The translations under genes and the position numbers were made by a program. This document shows positions 1-11,353 of a stretch of 64,000 nucleotides of DNA, in pieces. A model generated the notes under the pieces. It saw only the letters and a program-made list of their open reading frames with translations. It was not told the origin of the DNA and did no database searches. Origin of the DNA: Nitrosopumilus sp. GTDB taxonomy: Archaea; Thermoproteota; Nitrososphaeria; Nitrososphaerales; Nitrosopumilaceae. How positions within the stretch are numbered: the stretch's first letter is position 1; every line of letters starts with the position of its first letter. The stretch is from positions 1,410,303 to 1,474,302 of the forward strand of contig OY763927.2 in assembly GCA_963667665.2 (NCBI GenBank), in the 5' to 3' direction.

Positions 1-1
1 T

Positions 2-172
2 AAATCAATGACATTTAGATGGTTTGTAGATGTAGAACCTCAAAGTGAAGGGGTAATCATCAAAATTCAGAAAAACCGAAAAGAACCTATACAAACAATT
101 CAGATCAAAAAAGAGCAACAAATTTCAGAATTTAGTCAAATACTCAAAGTTGCATTTGAAGAGATTCATTAA
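2..172 (+). CDS. 3' end of a hypothetical protein (partial, runs off window start)
   Basis: Own translation: open frame from nt 2, KSMTFRWFVDVEPQSEGVIIKIQKNRKEPIQTIQIKKEQQISEFSQILKVAFEEIH, ending in TAA at 170-172. Overlaps the convergent acylphosphatase stop by 4 nt. Confidence 0.6.
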   Translation, partial: KSMTFRWFVDVEPQSEGVIIKIQKNRKEPIQTIQIKKEQQISEFSQILKVAFEEIH

Positions 173-447
173 TACACAACATCAAATTTTAAAAATTCGC
201 TAGAAAATTTCTCATTACGTATTTCTACATCTTTAACTCTTGCATTAGCTGGTCCTCCATGAGCCCATTCAACTAATCTACTAACTTTTTCTTCATCTCC
301 TTCTAAAATAGCTTCAACACGACCATCTTTGAGATTTTTTACCCAACCAAAAACATTATTTTTTTTTGCCATCACTTTTAATGCCTGACGAAAAAATACA
401 CCTTGCACTTTACCTGTAACAATAATTCTAATTCGTTGATTTGACAT
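169..447 (-). CDS. acyP: acylphosphatase
   Basis: GKVQGVFFR and GWVKNLKDGRVEA signatures; 92 aa. Confidence 0.95.
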   Translation of the reverse strand: MSNQRIRIIVTGKVQGVFFRQALKVMAKKNNVFGWVKNLKDGRVEAILEGDEEKVSRLVEWAHGGPANARVKDVEIRNEKFSSEFLKFDVVY

Positions 448-499
448 TCAAATTTTATTATAGCAAAAGCTATTAATCAATTTTAGGTTAAAAGAAAAA

Positions 500-1234
500 T
501 TATCTTCTTTCTTTAATTCTAGCTCTACCAGTCTTTCTAGCAGCAATACTGCCTACCTTTGCACCAGGAGGTGCATTTCTTGAAACAGTTGAGCTTTGTC
601 CAACGTGTTGATGACGACCACCACCATGAGGGTGGACATATGCTGCTTGAGCAACACCTCTAACAATTGGGAATTTCTTTCCTTTTGCTTTGAAACTTCT
701 CCATTTATTGCCTGCACTCATCATTGGTCTATCACCAGCTCCACCTCCAGCAAGAGTACCAATCATGGCTCTGTTTTTTGGATTAAGAGTGGTAAATTTT
801 CCAGAAGGAAGTTTAACTGTAACACCATCATCACCATGAGAGAAAATAGTTGCATCAGTGCCTGCGGATTTTACTATGGCACCACCGTCTCCAAAGTGCC
901 TTTCAATGTTACATACTATTGTTCCATCAGGAATATTTTGAACACTAATTACATTTCCTTGTTCGATTTTTGATTTTAATCCAAATTGTAAAGTTGTACC
1001 TACTTTAGTTCCTAGTATTGCAGGAATAAATGAAACAGAGCCGTCCTCAAATCTGACTTTAGCTAAAGGTGCCTCTCTACCACGTTCATGAACCAGATCA
1101 ATAATTTCACCGTCATGTTGTTCTGATAGTGCAAAACGAGGATAATTTGCCTTGGAACCTACTTTTCCAGTAGATGTAGATCTAAACTGAAATCCTCCAC
1201 GGCCACGTCTTCTTACTAATGGTCTTTTACCCAA
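500..1234 (-). CDS. rpl2: 50S ribosomal protein uL2
   Basis: RGRGG N-terminus, VRGVAQAAYVHPHGGG C-terminal motif; TTG start. Confidence 0.97.
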   Translation of the reverse strand: MGKRPLVRRRGRGGFQFRSTSTGKVGSKANYPRFALSEQHDGEIIDLVHERGREAPLAKVRFEDGSVSFIPAILGTKVGTTLQFGLKSKIEQGNVISVQNIPDGTIVCNIERHFGDGGAIVKSAGTDATIFSHGDDGVTVKLPSGKFTTLNPKNRAMIGTLAGGGAGDRPMMSAGNKWRSFKAKGKKFPIVRGVAQAAYVHPHGGGRHQHVGQSSTVSRNAPPGAKVGSIAARKTGRARIKERR

Positions 1235-1327
1235 GTTGATCGTTTCCTATGCGCAGATGATTTTAAGCTTGTGATTTTTTCAGTGTTATTTAAGAAAATT
1301 ACCACAAAGGTATAAGAATTAGACAAG

Positions 1328-3526
1328 TTGTTTTTCTGTATGAGTCAAAATGCTCTTACACTCAAAGTCCTTGAAGCATACACAAGAGATGTTGGAAGAG
1401 GAGTAGCAAGAATTGATTATGATTCTATGGATACACTAAATGCATCTACTGGTGATGTCATAGAAATTAAAGGTAAAAGAAGAACAGTTGCAAAATGTCT
1501 TCCATTATATCCATCTGATGAAGGAAAAGGAATTATTAGAATTGACGGACTTGGTAGAAATAATTCAGGAATTGCAATTGGAGATTCAATTTCAGTTAGA
1601 AAAATAAAGGCAGTAGCTGCAGAAAAAGTAGTAGTAGCACCATTAGAAGCAATTCCTCCAATTGATGAAAGATATCTTGCAGATGCCTTAGAAAGTGTGC
1701 CTTTGATTAAAGGAGATAATGTAATGGTTCCATATTTTGGTGGACGTTTAACTTTTCAAGTAATAGGAGTAACACCAGCAGCTGATGCAGTTTTAGTTAC
1801 ACAAAAAACTGTTTTCCACATTGCAGAAAAAGGAGAGACTTTACGTGGAGTTCCACAAGTCACATATGAAGACATTGGTGGTTTAACAGATGAGATTAAA
1901 AAAGTTAGAGAAATGATTGAACTTCCACTAAGACACCCAGAAATTTTTGAAAAATTAGGAATTGAAGCACCAAAAGGTGTTTTATTGTATGGTCCTCCTG
2001 GAACAGGAAAGACTTTACTTGCAAAAGCAGTTGCAAATGAAAGTAATGCACACTTTATCAGCATTTCAGGTCCAGAAATTATGAGTAAGTTTTATGGAGA
2101 AAGTGAAGCAAGACTAAGAGAAATTTTCAAAGAAGCAAGAGAAAAATCTCCATCAATTATCTTTATTGATGAAATTGACTCCATTGCACCAAAAAGAGAA
2201 GAAGTTACAGGTGAAGTTGAAAGAAGAGTTGTTTCTCAAATGTTATCATTAATGGATGGATTAGAGGCAAGAGGTAAAGTAATTGTCATTTCTGCAACAA
2301 ATAGACCAAATGCAATTGATCCTGCACTTAGGAGACCAGGTAGATTTGATAGAGAAATCGAGATTAGAGTTCCAGACAAAAAAGGAAGAAAAGACATACT
2401 TGCAATTCACAGTAGAAATATGCCATTAACAGATGATGTCAATATAAATAAACTCGCAGCAGTAAGCCACGGATATGTTGGCGCAGATTTAGAATATCTC
2501 TGTAAAGAAGCTGCAATGAAATGTTTGAGAAGATTACTACCTATTCTTGATTTACAAGAAGAGAAACTCCCTCCAGAAACATTAGATAAACTAGTTGTTA
2601 ATGGAGATGACTTTTCAAAAGCATTGATTGAAGTAATTCCATCTGGAATGAGAGAAGTTTTCATTGAGAATCCAGATGTAAAGTGGACAGACGTTGGAGG
2701 TTTAGATGATGTTAAACGGGAGCTACAAGAAGCTGTTGAATGGCCAATGAAATATCCAGGTCTTTATGATAAATTAGGACATAAAATGCCAAGAGGTATA
2801 TTACTTCATGGTCCAAGCGGTACAGGAAAAACTTTACTTGCAAAAGCAGTTGCTACAGAAAGTGAAGCAAATTTTGTTTCAGTAAGAGGTCCTGAACTTT
2901 TATCAAAATGGGTAGGCGAATCTGAAAGAGGTATTAGAGAAATTTTCAAAAGAGCACGACAATCTGCTCCATGTGTGATATTCTTTGATGAAATTGATTC
3001 AATAGCACCAATCCGAGGAGCAGGAGGAGAAACTGCAGTAAGTGAAAGAGTTGTTAGTCAATTACTTACAGAATTAGATGGAATGGAAAATATGCACGGT
3101 GTGATAGTTTTAGCTGCAACAAACAGAGCAGACATGATTGATCCTGCATTGTTAAGACCAGGTAGATTTGATAAAATTATTCAAATTCCACTTCCGGATA
3201 AAGAAAGCAGAAAAAGTATCTTGAAAATTACTGCTGAAGAAATACCAGTAATTTCTGAGGCAAGTGATACCGGACGCGTTGATTTTGATAAACTTTCTGA
3301 AATGACAGATGGACTTAGTGGCGCAGACGTAGCAGCCGTTGCAAATGTTGCAGTTTCTTTAGTTATTCATGAATTCTTAGACAAGAATCCAGATATCAAA
3401 GATGTTGAGAAAACAAGTATTGATGCCAAAGTAACTATGGAACACTTTGAAAAATCAGTCAAGAAAGTCAGAGAACAAAAAGACCTAAAGTTGGGCGAAA
3501 AACTAGTAGCTTCCTATTACAGGTAG
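1328..3526 (+). CDS. cdc48: CDC48/VCP family AAA+ ATPase (likely start ATG at 1340)
   Basis: N-domain plus two AAA modules (GPPGTGKT and GPSGTGKT Walker A, IIFIDEID and VIFFDEID Walker B, RPGRFD). Confidence 0.96.
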   Translation: MFFCMSQNALTLKVLEAYTRDVGRGVARIDYDSMDTLNASTGDVIEIKGKRRTVAKCLPLYPSDEGKGIIRIDGLGRNNSGIAIGDSISVRKIKAVAAEKVVVAPLEAIPPIDERYLADALESVPLIKGDNVMVPYFGGRLTFQVIGVTPAADAVLVTQKTVFHIAEKGETLRGVPQVTYEDIGGLTDEIKKVREMIELPLRHPEIFEKLGIEAPKGVLLYGPPGTGKTLLAKAVANESNAHFISISGPEIMSKFYGESEARLREIFKEAREKSPSIIFIDEIDSIAPKREEVTGEVERRVVSQMLSLMDGLEARGKVIVISATNRPNAIDPALRRPGRFDREIEIRVPDKKGRKDILAIHSRNMPLTDDVNINKLAAVSHGYVGADLEYLCKEAAMKCLRRLLPILDLQEEKLPPETLDKLVVNGDDFSKALIEVIPSGMREVFIENPDVKWTDVGGLDDVKRELQEAVEWPMKYPGLYDKLGHKMPRGILLHGPSGTGKTLLAKAVATESEANFVSVRGPELLSKWVGESERGIREIFKRARQSAPCVIFFDEIDSIAPIRGAGGETAVSERVVSQLLTELDGMENMHGVIVLAATNRADMIDPALLRPGRFDKIIQIPLPDKESRKSILKITAEEIPVISEASDTGRVDFDKLSEMTDGLSGADVAAVANVAVSLVIHEFLDKNPDIKDVEKTSIDAKVTMEHFEKSVKKVREQKDLKLGEKLVASYYR

Positions 3527-3558
3527 TTTTAATAAAATAACAAATCTAATTCTCGTAA

Positions 3559-4848
3559 ATGTCAGAACATAGAGGATATGAGGGAGATTCATTAGAATTC
3601 CTCAAGGCAAATCAGATTTCAGTTGGAGATTCTGTTAAGATATTAGCAGATATCACTTATTCAGGCATAATAATGCCTAGATATGAACACAGCGACGATA
3701 AACATATTGTTTTGAAATTAACAAGTGGTTACAATATTGGTTTAGAAATTGAAAAAATTGAGAAAATAGAGATAATAAAATCTGCTGAAAAAATTGTTCA
3801 GCAAGATGAAAAACTAGAAAAAGTTGCAGGATTGCCAAAAATTTTGTTATTATCAACTGGAGGAACAATTGCAAGCAAAATTGACTACAGAACAGGAGCA
3901 GTTACTCCTGTATTAACAGCTGAAGAATTGAATTCATCTGTTCCAGAACTTGCTAAAATTGCAAATATAGATGCAGAAGCTCTATTATCAGAATATTCTG
4001 AAAACATAATGCCTGAACATTGGTTACAAATTGCTGAAAAGATAAATGAATATTCTAAATCAGATTATTCAGGAATTATTATTGCCCATGGTACAGATAC
4101 TATGCATTATACATCATCCTTTCTTTCATTTGCACTTGCAGGATTTCCTATTCCAATTGTATTAGTTGGATCACAAAGATCATCAGATCGTGCATCATCA
4201 GATGCAGCATTAAATTTGATTGGAGCAACAAAATTTATCACAGAAAGTAATACCAAAGGTGTCTATATTGTAATGCATCAAGATGAAAATGATGATACTA
4301 TAGCATGTCATATTGGAACAAGAGTAAGAAAAAATCATACAAGTAAAAGAGGAGCATTCCAAACAATTGGAAATAATCCAGCATTCATTATTTCACAGAA
4401 TCAAATTCAAAAAAATATTTCTGAAGATTTTTTTAAAATTAGTGAATTTCAACCAAGAATTAAACTAGACACACGTGTTGCTTTAGTTAAATATCATCCA
4501 GGATATGATCCTAAATTATTAGATCAAATTATTGAGATGGGGTATAAAGGAATAATTTTTGAAGGAACTGGATTAGGTCATATTGGAAATACAATGTATG
4601 AGAGTGTAAAAAAAGCAAATGAAAAAGGAATCTTTCTAGGTATGACTTCCCAATGTATTGATGGTAGAATTAGAATGACAGTGTATGAAAGTGGACGAGA
4701 TTTGCTTGATTTAGGCATAATTCCATTAGAAAATATGATTCCAGAAGTAGCACTAGTTAAAGCAATGTGGGCAATGGGAAATTTTCAGAATGGAGATGAA
4801 ATAAAGAAAATAATGCTTGAAAATATTTCATCGGAATTCTCAAGTTAG
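3559..4848 (+). CDS. gatD: Glu-tRNA(Gln) amidotransferase subunit D
   Basis: Asparaginase-like TGGTIAS, HGTDT, GSQRSSDR motifs with N-terminal extension; directly upstream of gatE. Confidence 0.96.
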   Translation: MSEHRGYEGDSLEFLKANQISVGDSVKILADITYSGIIMPRYEHSDDKHIVLKLTSGYNIGLEIEKIEKIEIIKSAEKIVQQDEKLEKVAGLPKILLLSTGGTIASKIDYRTGAVTPVLTAEELNSSVPELAKIANIDAEALLSEYSENIMPEHWLQIAEKINEYSKSDYSGIIIAHGTDTMHYTSSFLSFALAGFPIPIVLVGSQRSSDRASSDAALNLIGATKFITESNTKGVYIVMHQDENDDTIACHIGTRVRKNHTSKRGAFQTIGNNPAFIISQNQIQKNISEDFFKISEFQPRIKLDTRVALVKYHPGYDPKLLDQIIEMGYKGIIFEGTGLGHIGNTMYESVKKANEKGIFLGMTSQCIDGRIRMTVYESGRDLLDLGIIPLENMIPEVALVKAMWAMGNFQNGDEIKKIMLENISSEFSS

Positions 4849-4861
4849 AGAGTGAAATAGA

Positions 4862-6769
4862 ATGTCAGAATTTTCCATAAATGATGTTGGAGTAAAAGTA
4901 GGACTAGAAATTCATCAGCAACTAGCAACTAACAAAAAGTTGTTTTGTAATTGTACGCCATTAGAATCAGATGAATATTTTATAAAATTTCAGAGAAAAT
5001 TACGAGCATCAAAAAGTGAATTGGGAGAGTTTGATTCTGCGGTATTATTTGAAAAATCTAAAGCAAAAACAATAATGTATTATGCCAACCCAAAAAGTAG
5101 CTGTCTAGTAGAACAAGATGAGGAACCTCCACATGAATTAGACAAGGATGCAAGAAAAATTGCATTAATTATTGCTTCTGCATTAAAATCAAATATTTTT
5201 AGTGAAATCTATCCTATGAGAAAAACAGTTGTTGATGGTTCTAATACAACTGGATTTCAACGCACGATGTTAATTTCACAGGGAGGATTTTTTGATGTAG
5301 AAGGAACAAAGATAGGGATTCAATCAATTTGTCTTGAAGAAGATGCTGCTAAAATCCTAGGTGAACAAGGATCAATTAGAAAATATGGTTTAGAACGTCT
5401 TGGTGTGCCATTAGTTGAAATTGCAACAGAACCTTTTGAAGTAAAACCTCAAGAAGTTAGAAAAATTGCATTATCTTTAGGAAGAATTTTGAGAAGCACC
5501 AAAAAAGTGAAGAGAGGTCTTGGTTCAATCCGACAAGATGTTAATGTATCAATCAAAGAAGGAGGAGTTGTTATTGAAGTAAAAGGAGTGCAACAATTAG
5601 AACAATTAGAAAAAGTTGTAGAATATGAAGCAAAAAGACAGCACGGATTATTAAAAATATCAAAAAAATTACAAGAGAAAAATTGGATGCATGTCAATAA
5701 AGATGATAGAAAAGACATTACAGAATTATTTTCAAAATGTAAATCAAAGATTATTCAAAATGCTTTAAAGAAAAATCAGAAAATTTTTGCCGTATCTTTT
5801 AGAAATATGGCTGGAATGTTTGGATATTCACCATATGAAAGCATAAGATTAGGAAAAGAAGTAGCAGAATTAGTACGATTTTTTGGATTAGGTGGAGTTT
5901 TTCATTCAGATGAATTACCTAATTATGGAATAGAAAAATCAGATCTAGAAAATCTAAAAGAATTTCTAAAAATTACTGAGAATGATGGATTTTTGATATT
6001 AGCTATTCCTGAAGAAAAAATTCATGCAATTGTTGACCAAATAATTTTAAGAATTGAACATATCAAAAACAAAGGTATACCAATAGATACACGATTAGCT
6101 ACTCAAACAGGCGAAACAAAATTTCTTAGACCTAGACCTGGTGCGGCAAGAATGTATCCTGAAACAGATATCCCTCCAATTATTATTTCAAAAGAGGAAT
6201 TAGAAGATGCAAGAAAAAATATACCAAAATCATGGGATGAATCTATCAAAGAATTACAAACAAAATATGAAATTAACTCACAACTTACAGAACAAATTTT
6301 TGATTCAAGATATATAGAATTATTTGAAAAAATTGTTGAAAAAACCAAAGTCAATCCTACATTTGTTGCATCTGTACTTTGCTCTACAATTACTAATTTA
6401 GAGAGAAGCGGATTAAATTCTAATTTATTACAAAACAAAGAAATTGTAAAATCATTTGAATTGTTAGAAGTACGAAAAATTGCTAAAGAATCAATTGAGA
6501 TAATTTTTGAAAACATTATGGCTAGAAAAGCCAAGACCACAGAAGAGGCAATGAAAAATACTGCAATTGAGGCTGTAAATGAATCAGATTTGGAGAAAAT
6601 TATTGAAGAAATAGTTGAAAAGAATCAAGATATTATTAAAAATCAAAAAGAGAGAGCTGTTGGGCCACTTATGGGAATTGCCATGAAGGAATTAAGAGGT
6701 AAAGCTTCTGGTGAAATGGTAAATAATCTTCTTTTAAAAAATATCAAGAAAAAGTTAGCAAGTATCTGA
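4862..6769 (+). CDS. gatE: Glu-tRNA(Gln) amidotransferase subunit E
   Basis: GLEIHQQL, DGSNTTGFQRT, LEEDAA, RPRPGAARMYPETD motifs. Confidence 0.97.
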   Translation: MSEFSINDVGVKVGLEIHQQLATNKKLFCNCTPLESDEYFIKFQRKLRASKSELGEFDSAVLFEKSKAKTIMYYANPKSSCLVEQDEEPPHELDKDARKIALIIASALKSNIFSEIYPMRKTVVDGSNTTGFQRTMLISQGGFFDVEGTKIGIQSICLEEDAAKILGEQGSIRKYGLERLGVPLVEIATEPFEVKPQEVRKIALSLGRILRSTKKVKRGLGSIRQDVNVSIKEGGVVIEVKGVQQLEQLEKVVEYEAKRQHGLLKISKKLQEKNWMHVNKDDRKDITELFSKCKSKIIQNALKKNQKIFAVSFRNMAGMFGYSPYESIRLGKEVAELVRFFGLGGVFHSDELPNYGIEKSDLENLKEFLKITENDGFLILAIPEEKIHAIVDQIILRIEHIKNKGIPIDTRLATQTGETKFLRPRPGAARMYPETDIPPIIISKEELEDARKNIPKSWDESIKELQTKYEINSQLTEQIFDSRYIELFEKIVEKTKVNPTFVASVLCSTITNLERSGLNSNLLQNKEIVKSFELLEVRKIAKESIEIIFENIMARKAKTTEEAMKNTAIEAVNESDLEKIIEEIVEKNQDIIKNQKERAVGPLMGIAMKELRGKASGEMVNNLLLKNIKKKLASI

Positions 6770-6775
6770 TTGTAG

Positions 6776-6860
6776 TGCGGGAAGTGGGATTTGAACCCAC
6801 GAACTCCTAGAAGATAAGGATCTGAACCTTACGCCGTTGACCAGGCTGGGCTACTCCCGC
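6776..6860 (-). tRNA. tRNA-Leu (anticodon CAG), 85 nt, no intron, CCA not encoded
   Basis: Reverse complement GCGGGAG...CTTCCCGCA. Anticodon arm TAAGG-TTCAGAT-CCTTA, long variable arm, T-arm GTGGG-TTCAAAT-CCCAC. Confidence 0.96.
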
Positions 6861-6937
6861 ATTGTGAATTTTTAAAATCTAGAATAAGTTTCTTTATTAT
6901 ACATGAAACAAACACATGCAATTAATCAAGTGATAAA

Positions 6938-7102
6938 ATGGAATTCAGAGAAATATATTGTAATAATTGTAAAAAAATACTTGGACGATATAATATTAAA
7001 TTCTACAATGAAGATAAAATTGGAGAAATATTAAAAACAACTCATTCTATCCATGTAAGAAGTGGACATCAAGTTATCATAAAAAAATTTGTAAAAGATT
7101 AA
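6938..7102 (+). CDS. 54-aa putative metal-binding microprotein (CxxC plus three His), not in ORF track
   Basis: Own translation MEFREIYCNNCKKILGRYNIKFYNEDKIGEILKTTHSIHVRSGHQVIIKKFVKD. Fills the gap between the tRNA and the HAD gene, with a 4-nt convergent overlap. Confidence 0.7.
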   Translation: MEFREIYCNNCKKILGRYNIKFYNEDKIGEILKTTHSIHVRSGHQVIIKKFVKD

Positions 7103-7638
7103 ATCAGTTTTATTTTTTCTACTGCCTCTGAAAGATTTGAAATTTTATGAATTCCATTTTCTGAAATATGTTTATTCCACGGTTGTGAATATAGAATCAC
7201 TTTTTTGTTATGCTGAATAATGTTTAATGCGTTTAGAGGTGAATCATCAATAAACACATCATAATCTAAATTTGCCTTCATCGGTCCATCAATTACTGAC
7301 ACATAATTATCATATGATATATTGTGATGATTGAGCCAATTTTTTACAAAAGAATCAGTAGAACGTTCTCTTGCAGTAACAATATCTACCTGACCTATAT
7401 TTGAAAGATCTTTTGTAACAGATGACAAATTTTCTTCAGTAGGGGGGATAGAATTCCAATTTTTCCAACAGGAACTTAATTCAGCGTAAAAATCATAGCG
7501 GTTTATCTGAAATTTCTTCCAAAAATCCCAATCAGATATTTCATGTTTGGAGATTTTTGGTCTAATTGTATTGCTATAATTTAACCAAGATTGTATTACA
7601 TCTGCAAGAACACCATCAACATCTAATGCAATTTTCAT
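7099..7638 (-). CDS. HAD-superfamily 5'(3')-nucleotidase-like (NT5C-type) hydrolase
   Basis: IALDVDGVLAD (DxD motif I), VTAR motif II, FIDDSP motif IV. Confidence 0.8.
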   Translation of the reverse strand: MKIALDVDGVLADVIQSWLNYSNTIRPKISKHEISDWDFWKKFQINRYDFYAELSSCWKNWNSIPPTEENLSSVTKDLSNIGQVDIVTARERSTDSFVKNWLNHHNISYDNYVSVIDGPMKANLDYDVFIDDSPLNALNIIQHNKKVILYSQPWNKHISENGIHKISNLSEAVEKIKLI

Positions 7639-7648
7639 TTTTTCTCAA

Positions 7649-8734
7649 TTAATCACTAGTTTTTTTAAATTCATCTAGAAGGTTTTTTTGATGTTTATTG
7701 AGTTTTTTTGGAACATTTACTACAATTCTAACATATTGGTCTCCTTTGCCTCTAGAATTGATATGAGAAACTCCTTTTCCTTTTAATTTTATAATTGTAT
7801 TTGGTTGACTACCAGAATTTACTTTGATTTTTTCAGTACTCTCCAAGGTTGGAACTATAATTTCGCAACCTAATGCGGCATCAATCATTGAAATATCATG
7901 ATCATAGAAAATATCTTTTCCATCTCTATTAAATTTAGAATGAGGTTGTACTCTGACTCTAACAATTAAATCTCCATTAGATCCTCCAGGAACTTCATTT
8001 CCTTCCTCTGGAACTGTATAATCACCAGAATCAATTCCAGGTGGAATTTCAAAAGTGACTTTTTTTGAACCTTTTTTCTTACCTTGCCCCTTACAATCTC
8101 CACAAGGAGTTTCAATAACAGAACCTTGACCTCTACAAGAAGGACATGGTGCAGCTGTTACAAATGAAGCAAATCCCATGTTACGAGTTTGTCTTATTTG
8201 TCCTTGACCATTACATGTAGCACATGTTTTCTTGTTTGTTCCAGGTTTACACCCAGAACCTTGACAAATATTGCATTGAATTTGTTTTTGTAGATCAATT
8301 TCTATTTTTTTGCCATGAAGAACATCCTCTAATGTTACTGAAGTTTCAAAGAGAATATCAGAACCACGTTGTTGATTGAAACTAAATCCACCGCCTCCAC
8401 GATCAAAGATTGATTCAAAAATAGAATCAAATCCACCGCCTCCACGACCAAATATATCACTAAAATTTCCACGTGCACCTTGAAAAATATCTTCACTGCT
8501 GTATCTGCCATCTACACCAGCATGTCCATGTTGATCATAGAGTTGCCTTTTTTCAGTATTTGAAAGAATAGCATATGCCTCAGAAATTTCTTTGAAATGT
8601 TCTGGAGCTTCTGAAGAGTTGTTACGATCGGGATGAAATTTTAATGCTAATTTTCTATATTGTTGTTTAATTTCATCTACAGAAGATGATTTTGTAACCC
8701 CTAAAACTTCATAGTAATCTCGTTTTGCAGACAT
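7649..8734 (-). CDS. dnaJ: chaperone DnaJ
   Basis: J domain with HPD, G/F-rich region, four CxxCxGxG repeats. Confidence 0.97.
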   Translation of the reverse strand: MSAKRDYYEVLGVTKSSSVDEIKQQYRKLALKFHPDRNNSSEAPEHFKEISEAYAILSNTEKRQLYDQHGHAGVDGRYSSEDIFQGARGNFSDIFGRGGGGFDSIFESIFDRGGGGFSFNQQRGSDILFETSVTLEDVLHGKKIEIDLQKQIQCNICQGSGCKPGTNKKTCATCNGQGQIRQTRNMGFASFVTAAPCPSCRGQGSVIETPCGDCKGQGKKKGSKKVTFEIPPGIDSGDYTVPEEGNEVPGGSNGDLIVRVRVQPHSKFNRDGKDIFYDHDISMIDAALGCEIIVPTLESTEKIKVNSGSQPNTIIKLKGKGVSHINSRGKGDQYVRIVVNVPKKLNKHQKNLLDEFKKTSD

Positions 8735-8783
8735 GAATTATTCCTTAATCATAATTATTGTATAAATGGTTGAATTTGAAAAA

Positions 8784-10748
8784 TTAGTTAGTTTTTGTTT
8801 CATCAGTTGAAGAAGACTCTGTTGATTGTCCTTCAGCACCATCACTTTGTTGTCCTTCAGCACCATCACTTTGTTGTCCTTCAGCACCATCACTTTGTTG
8901 TCCTTCAGCACCATCACTTTGTTGTCCTTCAGCACCATCACTTTGTTGTCCTTCAGCACCATCACTTTGTTGTCCTTCAGCACCAGGAGGAGGTGATGCA
9001 TTTTTGTAAAGTTCAGTTGTTACTTCGTTGACTAGAGATTGTAGTACATCGAGTTTAGGCTGTAATTCAGTTGGTTCTTTATCTAAAACTTCTTTGACTT
9101 CTTTTACAGCATCAGTAATTTTAATTCCTTGTTCTTGAGAAATTTTATCTTTTAGATCATGATTAACTAATTTTTCTGTAGTGTAAATATAGCTCTCTGC
9201 TTCATTTTTTAGATCAATTTTTTCTTTCTTCTTTTTATCTTCATCAGAGAATTTTTCTGCATCTTCTTTTAATTTTTCAATTTCTTCTTTAGATAATTTT
9301 GATGAAGATTCAATAGTAATTTTTGCTTCCTTTTGTGTTCCAAGATCTTTTGCTGTAACATTAATTATTCCATTTGCATCAATATCAAATTTTACTTCAA
9401 TTTGAGGAACTCCTCTAGGAGCTGGTGGGACATCAGATAGATTAAAACTTCCTAATGAAACATTGTCAGTTGCCATTGGTCGTTCACCTTGAACAACATG
9501 AATAGTTACAGCTGTCTGGTTATCAGCTGCAGTTGTGAAAACTTTACTCTTGGAAGTTGGAATTGTTGTATTTCTTTCAATTAATGGTTCTCGAACTCCA
9601 CCTAAAGTTTCAATTCCTAATGTTAGTGGAGTAACATCAAGTAAAACTATATCACTCGTTACGTCTCCAGCAATAATTCCTGCTTGTATTGCAGCTCCCA
9701 TTGCTACAGCCTCCATAGGATCAACTCCGGATTCAGTCTCCTTACCAACAACTTCACTAACAAATTTTTTAACTAATGGCATTCTTGTTGGTCCGCCAAT
9801 CATTACTATTTTTTTAATATCAGAGTAAGAGAGTTTTGCATCTTCCATTGCTTTTGTTATAGAAGGTTTACATCGTTCTATAATTGGTCCAACTAATTCA
9901 TCTAGTTTAGATCTAGTTATTCTTAATTCAAGATTTTTGGCACCTGTTGATTGATCATGTGCAAGAAAGGGTAAATTAACATCTGTTTCCATAACTGTTG
10001 ATAATTCAATTTTGGCTTTTTCAGCAGCTTCTCTAATTCTAGTCATTGCAGTTGTATCTTGAGAAAGATCAATGCCTTCTTTTTTCTTAAATTCATCAGC
10101 AATGTAATCAATTAGAACTGCATCCATATCTGTGCCACCTAACTGAGTATCTCCAGATGTACTAAGTACTTCAAAAACACCGCCACCCATTTCCATAATT
10201 GTAACATCTAATGTACCGCCACCAAAATCAAAGACAAGAATTTTCATGTCTTCTTTTGCTTTATCTAATCCAAATGCCAAAGATGCTGCTGTTGGTTCAT
10301 TGATAATTCTAACTACATCAAGTCCTGCAATTGTTCCAGCATCTTTAGTTGCTTGACGTTGATTATCATCAAAATATGCAGGAACTGTAATTACTGCTTT
10401 CTCAACAGACTCACCAACAAATGCTTCAGCATCTTTTTTGATTTTTTGTAAAATATAGGCAGAGATTTGTTGAGGTTTGTATTCTTTATCTTGAATTTTA
10501 AAAGTATGATCAGAACCCATTTTTCTTTTTGCTGCAACAATAGTGTTATCAGGATTTGTTACTGCTTGTCTTCGTGCAGGTTCTCCAACTAAAAGTTCAC
10601 CATCTTTAGAAAATGCTACAACTGATGGAAATGCTTTTCCACCTACAGTAGCTCCTTCTGCAGCGGGAATAATAGTTGGCTTACCACCCATAACAACTGC
10701 AGCAGCTGAGTTACTTGTTCCCAAATCAATACCAATAATTTTAGCCAT
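8784..10748 (-). CDS. dnaK: chaperone DnaK (Hsp70) with repeat-expanded C-tail
   Basis: [44 protein letters not shown]. Confidence 0.98.
   Translation of the reverse strand: MAKIIGIDLGTSNSAAAVVMGGKPTIIPAAEGATVGGKAFPSVVAFSKDGELLVGEPARRQAVTNPDNTIVAAKRKMGSDHTFKIQDKEYKPQQISAYILQKIKKDAEAFVGESVEKAVITVPAYFDDNQRQATKDAGTIAGLDVVRIINEPTAASLAFGLDKAKEDMKILVFDFGGGTLDVTIMEMGGGVFEVLSTSGDTQLGGTDMDAVLIDYIADEFKKKEGIDLSQDTTAMTRIREAAEKAKIELSTVMETDVNLPFLAHDQSTGAKNLELRITRSKLDELVGPIIERCKPSITKAMEDAKLSYSDIKKIVMIGGPTRMPLVKKFVSEVVGKETESGVDPMEAVAMGAAIQAGIIAGDVTSDIVLLDVTPLTLGIETLGGVREPLIERNTTIPTSKSKVFTTAADNQTAVTIHVVQGERPMATDNVSLGSFNLSDVPPAPRGVPQIEVKFDIDANGIINVTAKDLGTQKEAKITIESSSKLSKEEIEKLKEDAEKFSDEDKKKKEKIDLKNEAESYIYTTEKLVNHDLKDKISQEQGIKITDAVKEVKEVLDKEPTELQPKLDVLQSLVNEVTTELYKNASPPPGAEGQQSDGAEGQQSDGAEGQQSDGAEGQQSDGAEGQQSDGAEGQQSDGAEGQSTESSSTDETKTN
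8827..8985. repeat. perfect 24-nt tandem repeat (TGTCCTTCAGCACCATCACTTTGT) x6 plus 15 nt, encoding (GAEGQQSD)6 in DnaK
   Basis: Units counted at 8827, 8851, 8875, 8899, 8923, 8947 and a partial at 8971. Confidence 0.97.
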
Positions 10749-10754
10749 ATTTTA

Positions 10755-11315
10755 TCATCCCTTTTTTGAAATTTCCACTAGTGTTGGTCTTATAACCCTA
10801 TTTTTAGAAATATATCCCTTCCTGATCTCTTTTGTAATTGTATTATCATCTAAATCAGGATCAGTAATAGTTGATATGGCTTCATGAAAAGTAGGATTAA
10901 AAATTTCTCCTAATGCATCAATTGGGCTTACATCATATTTTTTCAATAATGAATCCATATTTTTCAAAATAGAATCTAGACCATCGGTATTACTTTTATT
11001 TTCAGAAAAAATTTCTTTTGCTCTAACAAAGTCATCATATATTTTTAAAAAATCTAATACAAATTCATCAACTTTAGCATTAACACCATTTTCAATATCA
11101 GATTGTGTTTTCCGAGTGAGATTCTGAAAGTCTGCTAAAACATGTTTTAATTTTTCTTCATATTCTGATACTGTTTGTTTTTCTAACTCCCATAATTTGG
11201 ATAATTCTTCAATGCTTGTAGTAGGTTTAGATTTTTCTGAAGAATCATTAGATTCAGGTTCATTTTCAGATACCACATCTACAGGAATTTCGTCAGAATT
11301 ATTTTCAGTTGACAA
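10755..11315 (-). CDS. grpE: nucleotide exchange factor GrpE
   Basis: ADFQNL, FNPTFHEAI, KGYISKNRVIRPTLVEISK; first gene of grpE-dnaK-dnaJ. Confidence 0.95.
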   Translation of the reverse strand: MSTENNSDEIPVDVVSENEPESNDSSEKSKPTTSIEELSKLWELEKQTVSEYEEKLKHVLADFQNLTRKTQSDIENGVNAKVDEFVLDFLKIYDDFVRAKEIFSENKSNTDGLDSILKNMDSLLKKYDVSPIDALGEIFNPTFHEAISTITDPDLDDNTITKEIRKGYISKNRVIRPTLVEISKKG

Positions 11316-11353
11316 ATCAAAAAAAATTATAATTTAGCTAATTTAAATTATTA

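Noticed and set aside
8738-9031. Track ORFs 8738-9001 (-) and 8795-9031 (+) with repetitive peptides
   Set aside because: Alternative-frame shadows of the dnaK 24-nt repeat.
7649-11315. grpE-dnaK-dnaJ as a novel horizontal acquisition
   Set aside because: The bacterial-type Hsp70 system is established in mesophilic archaea including this group. No CIRCE element or hrcA was seen.
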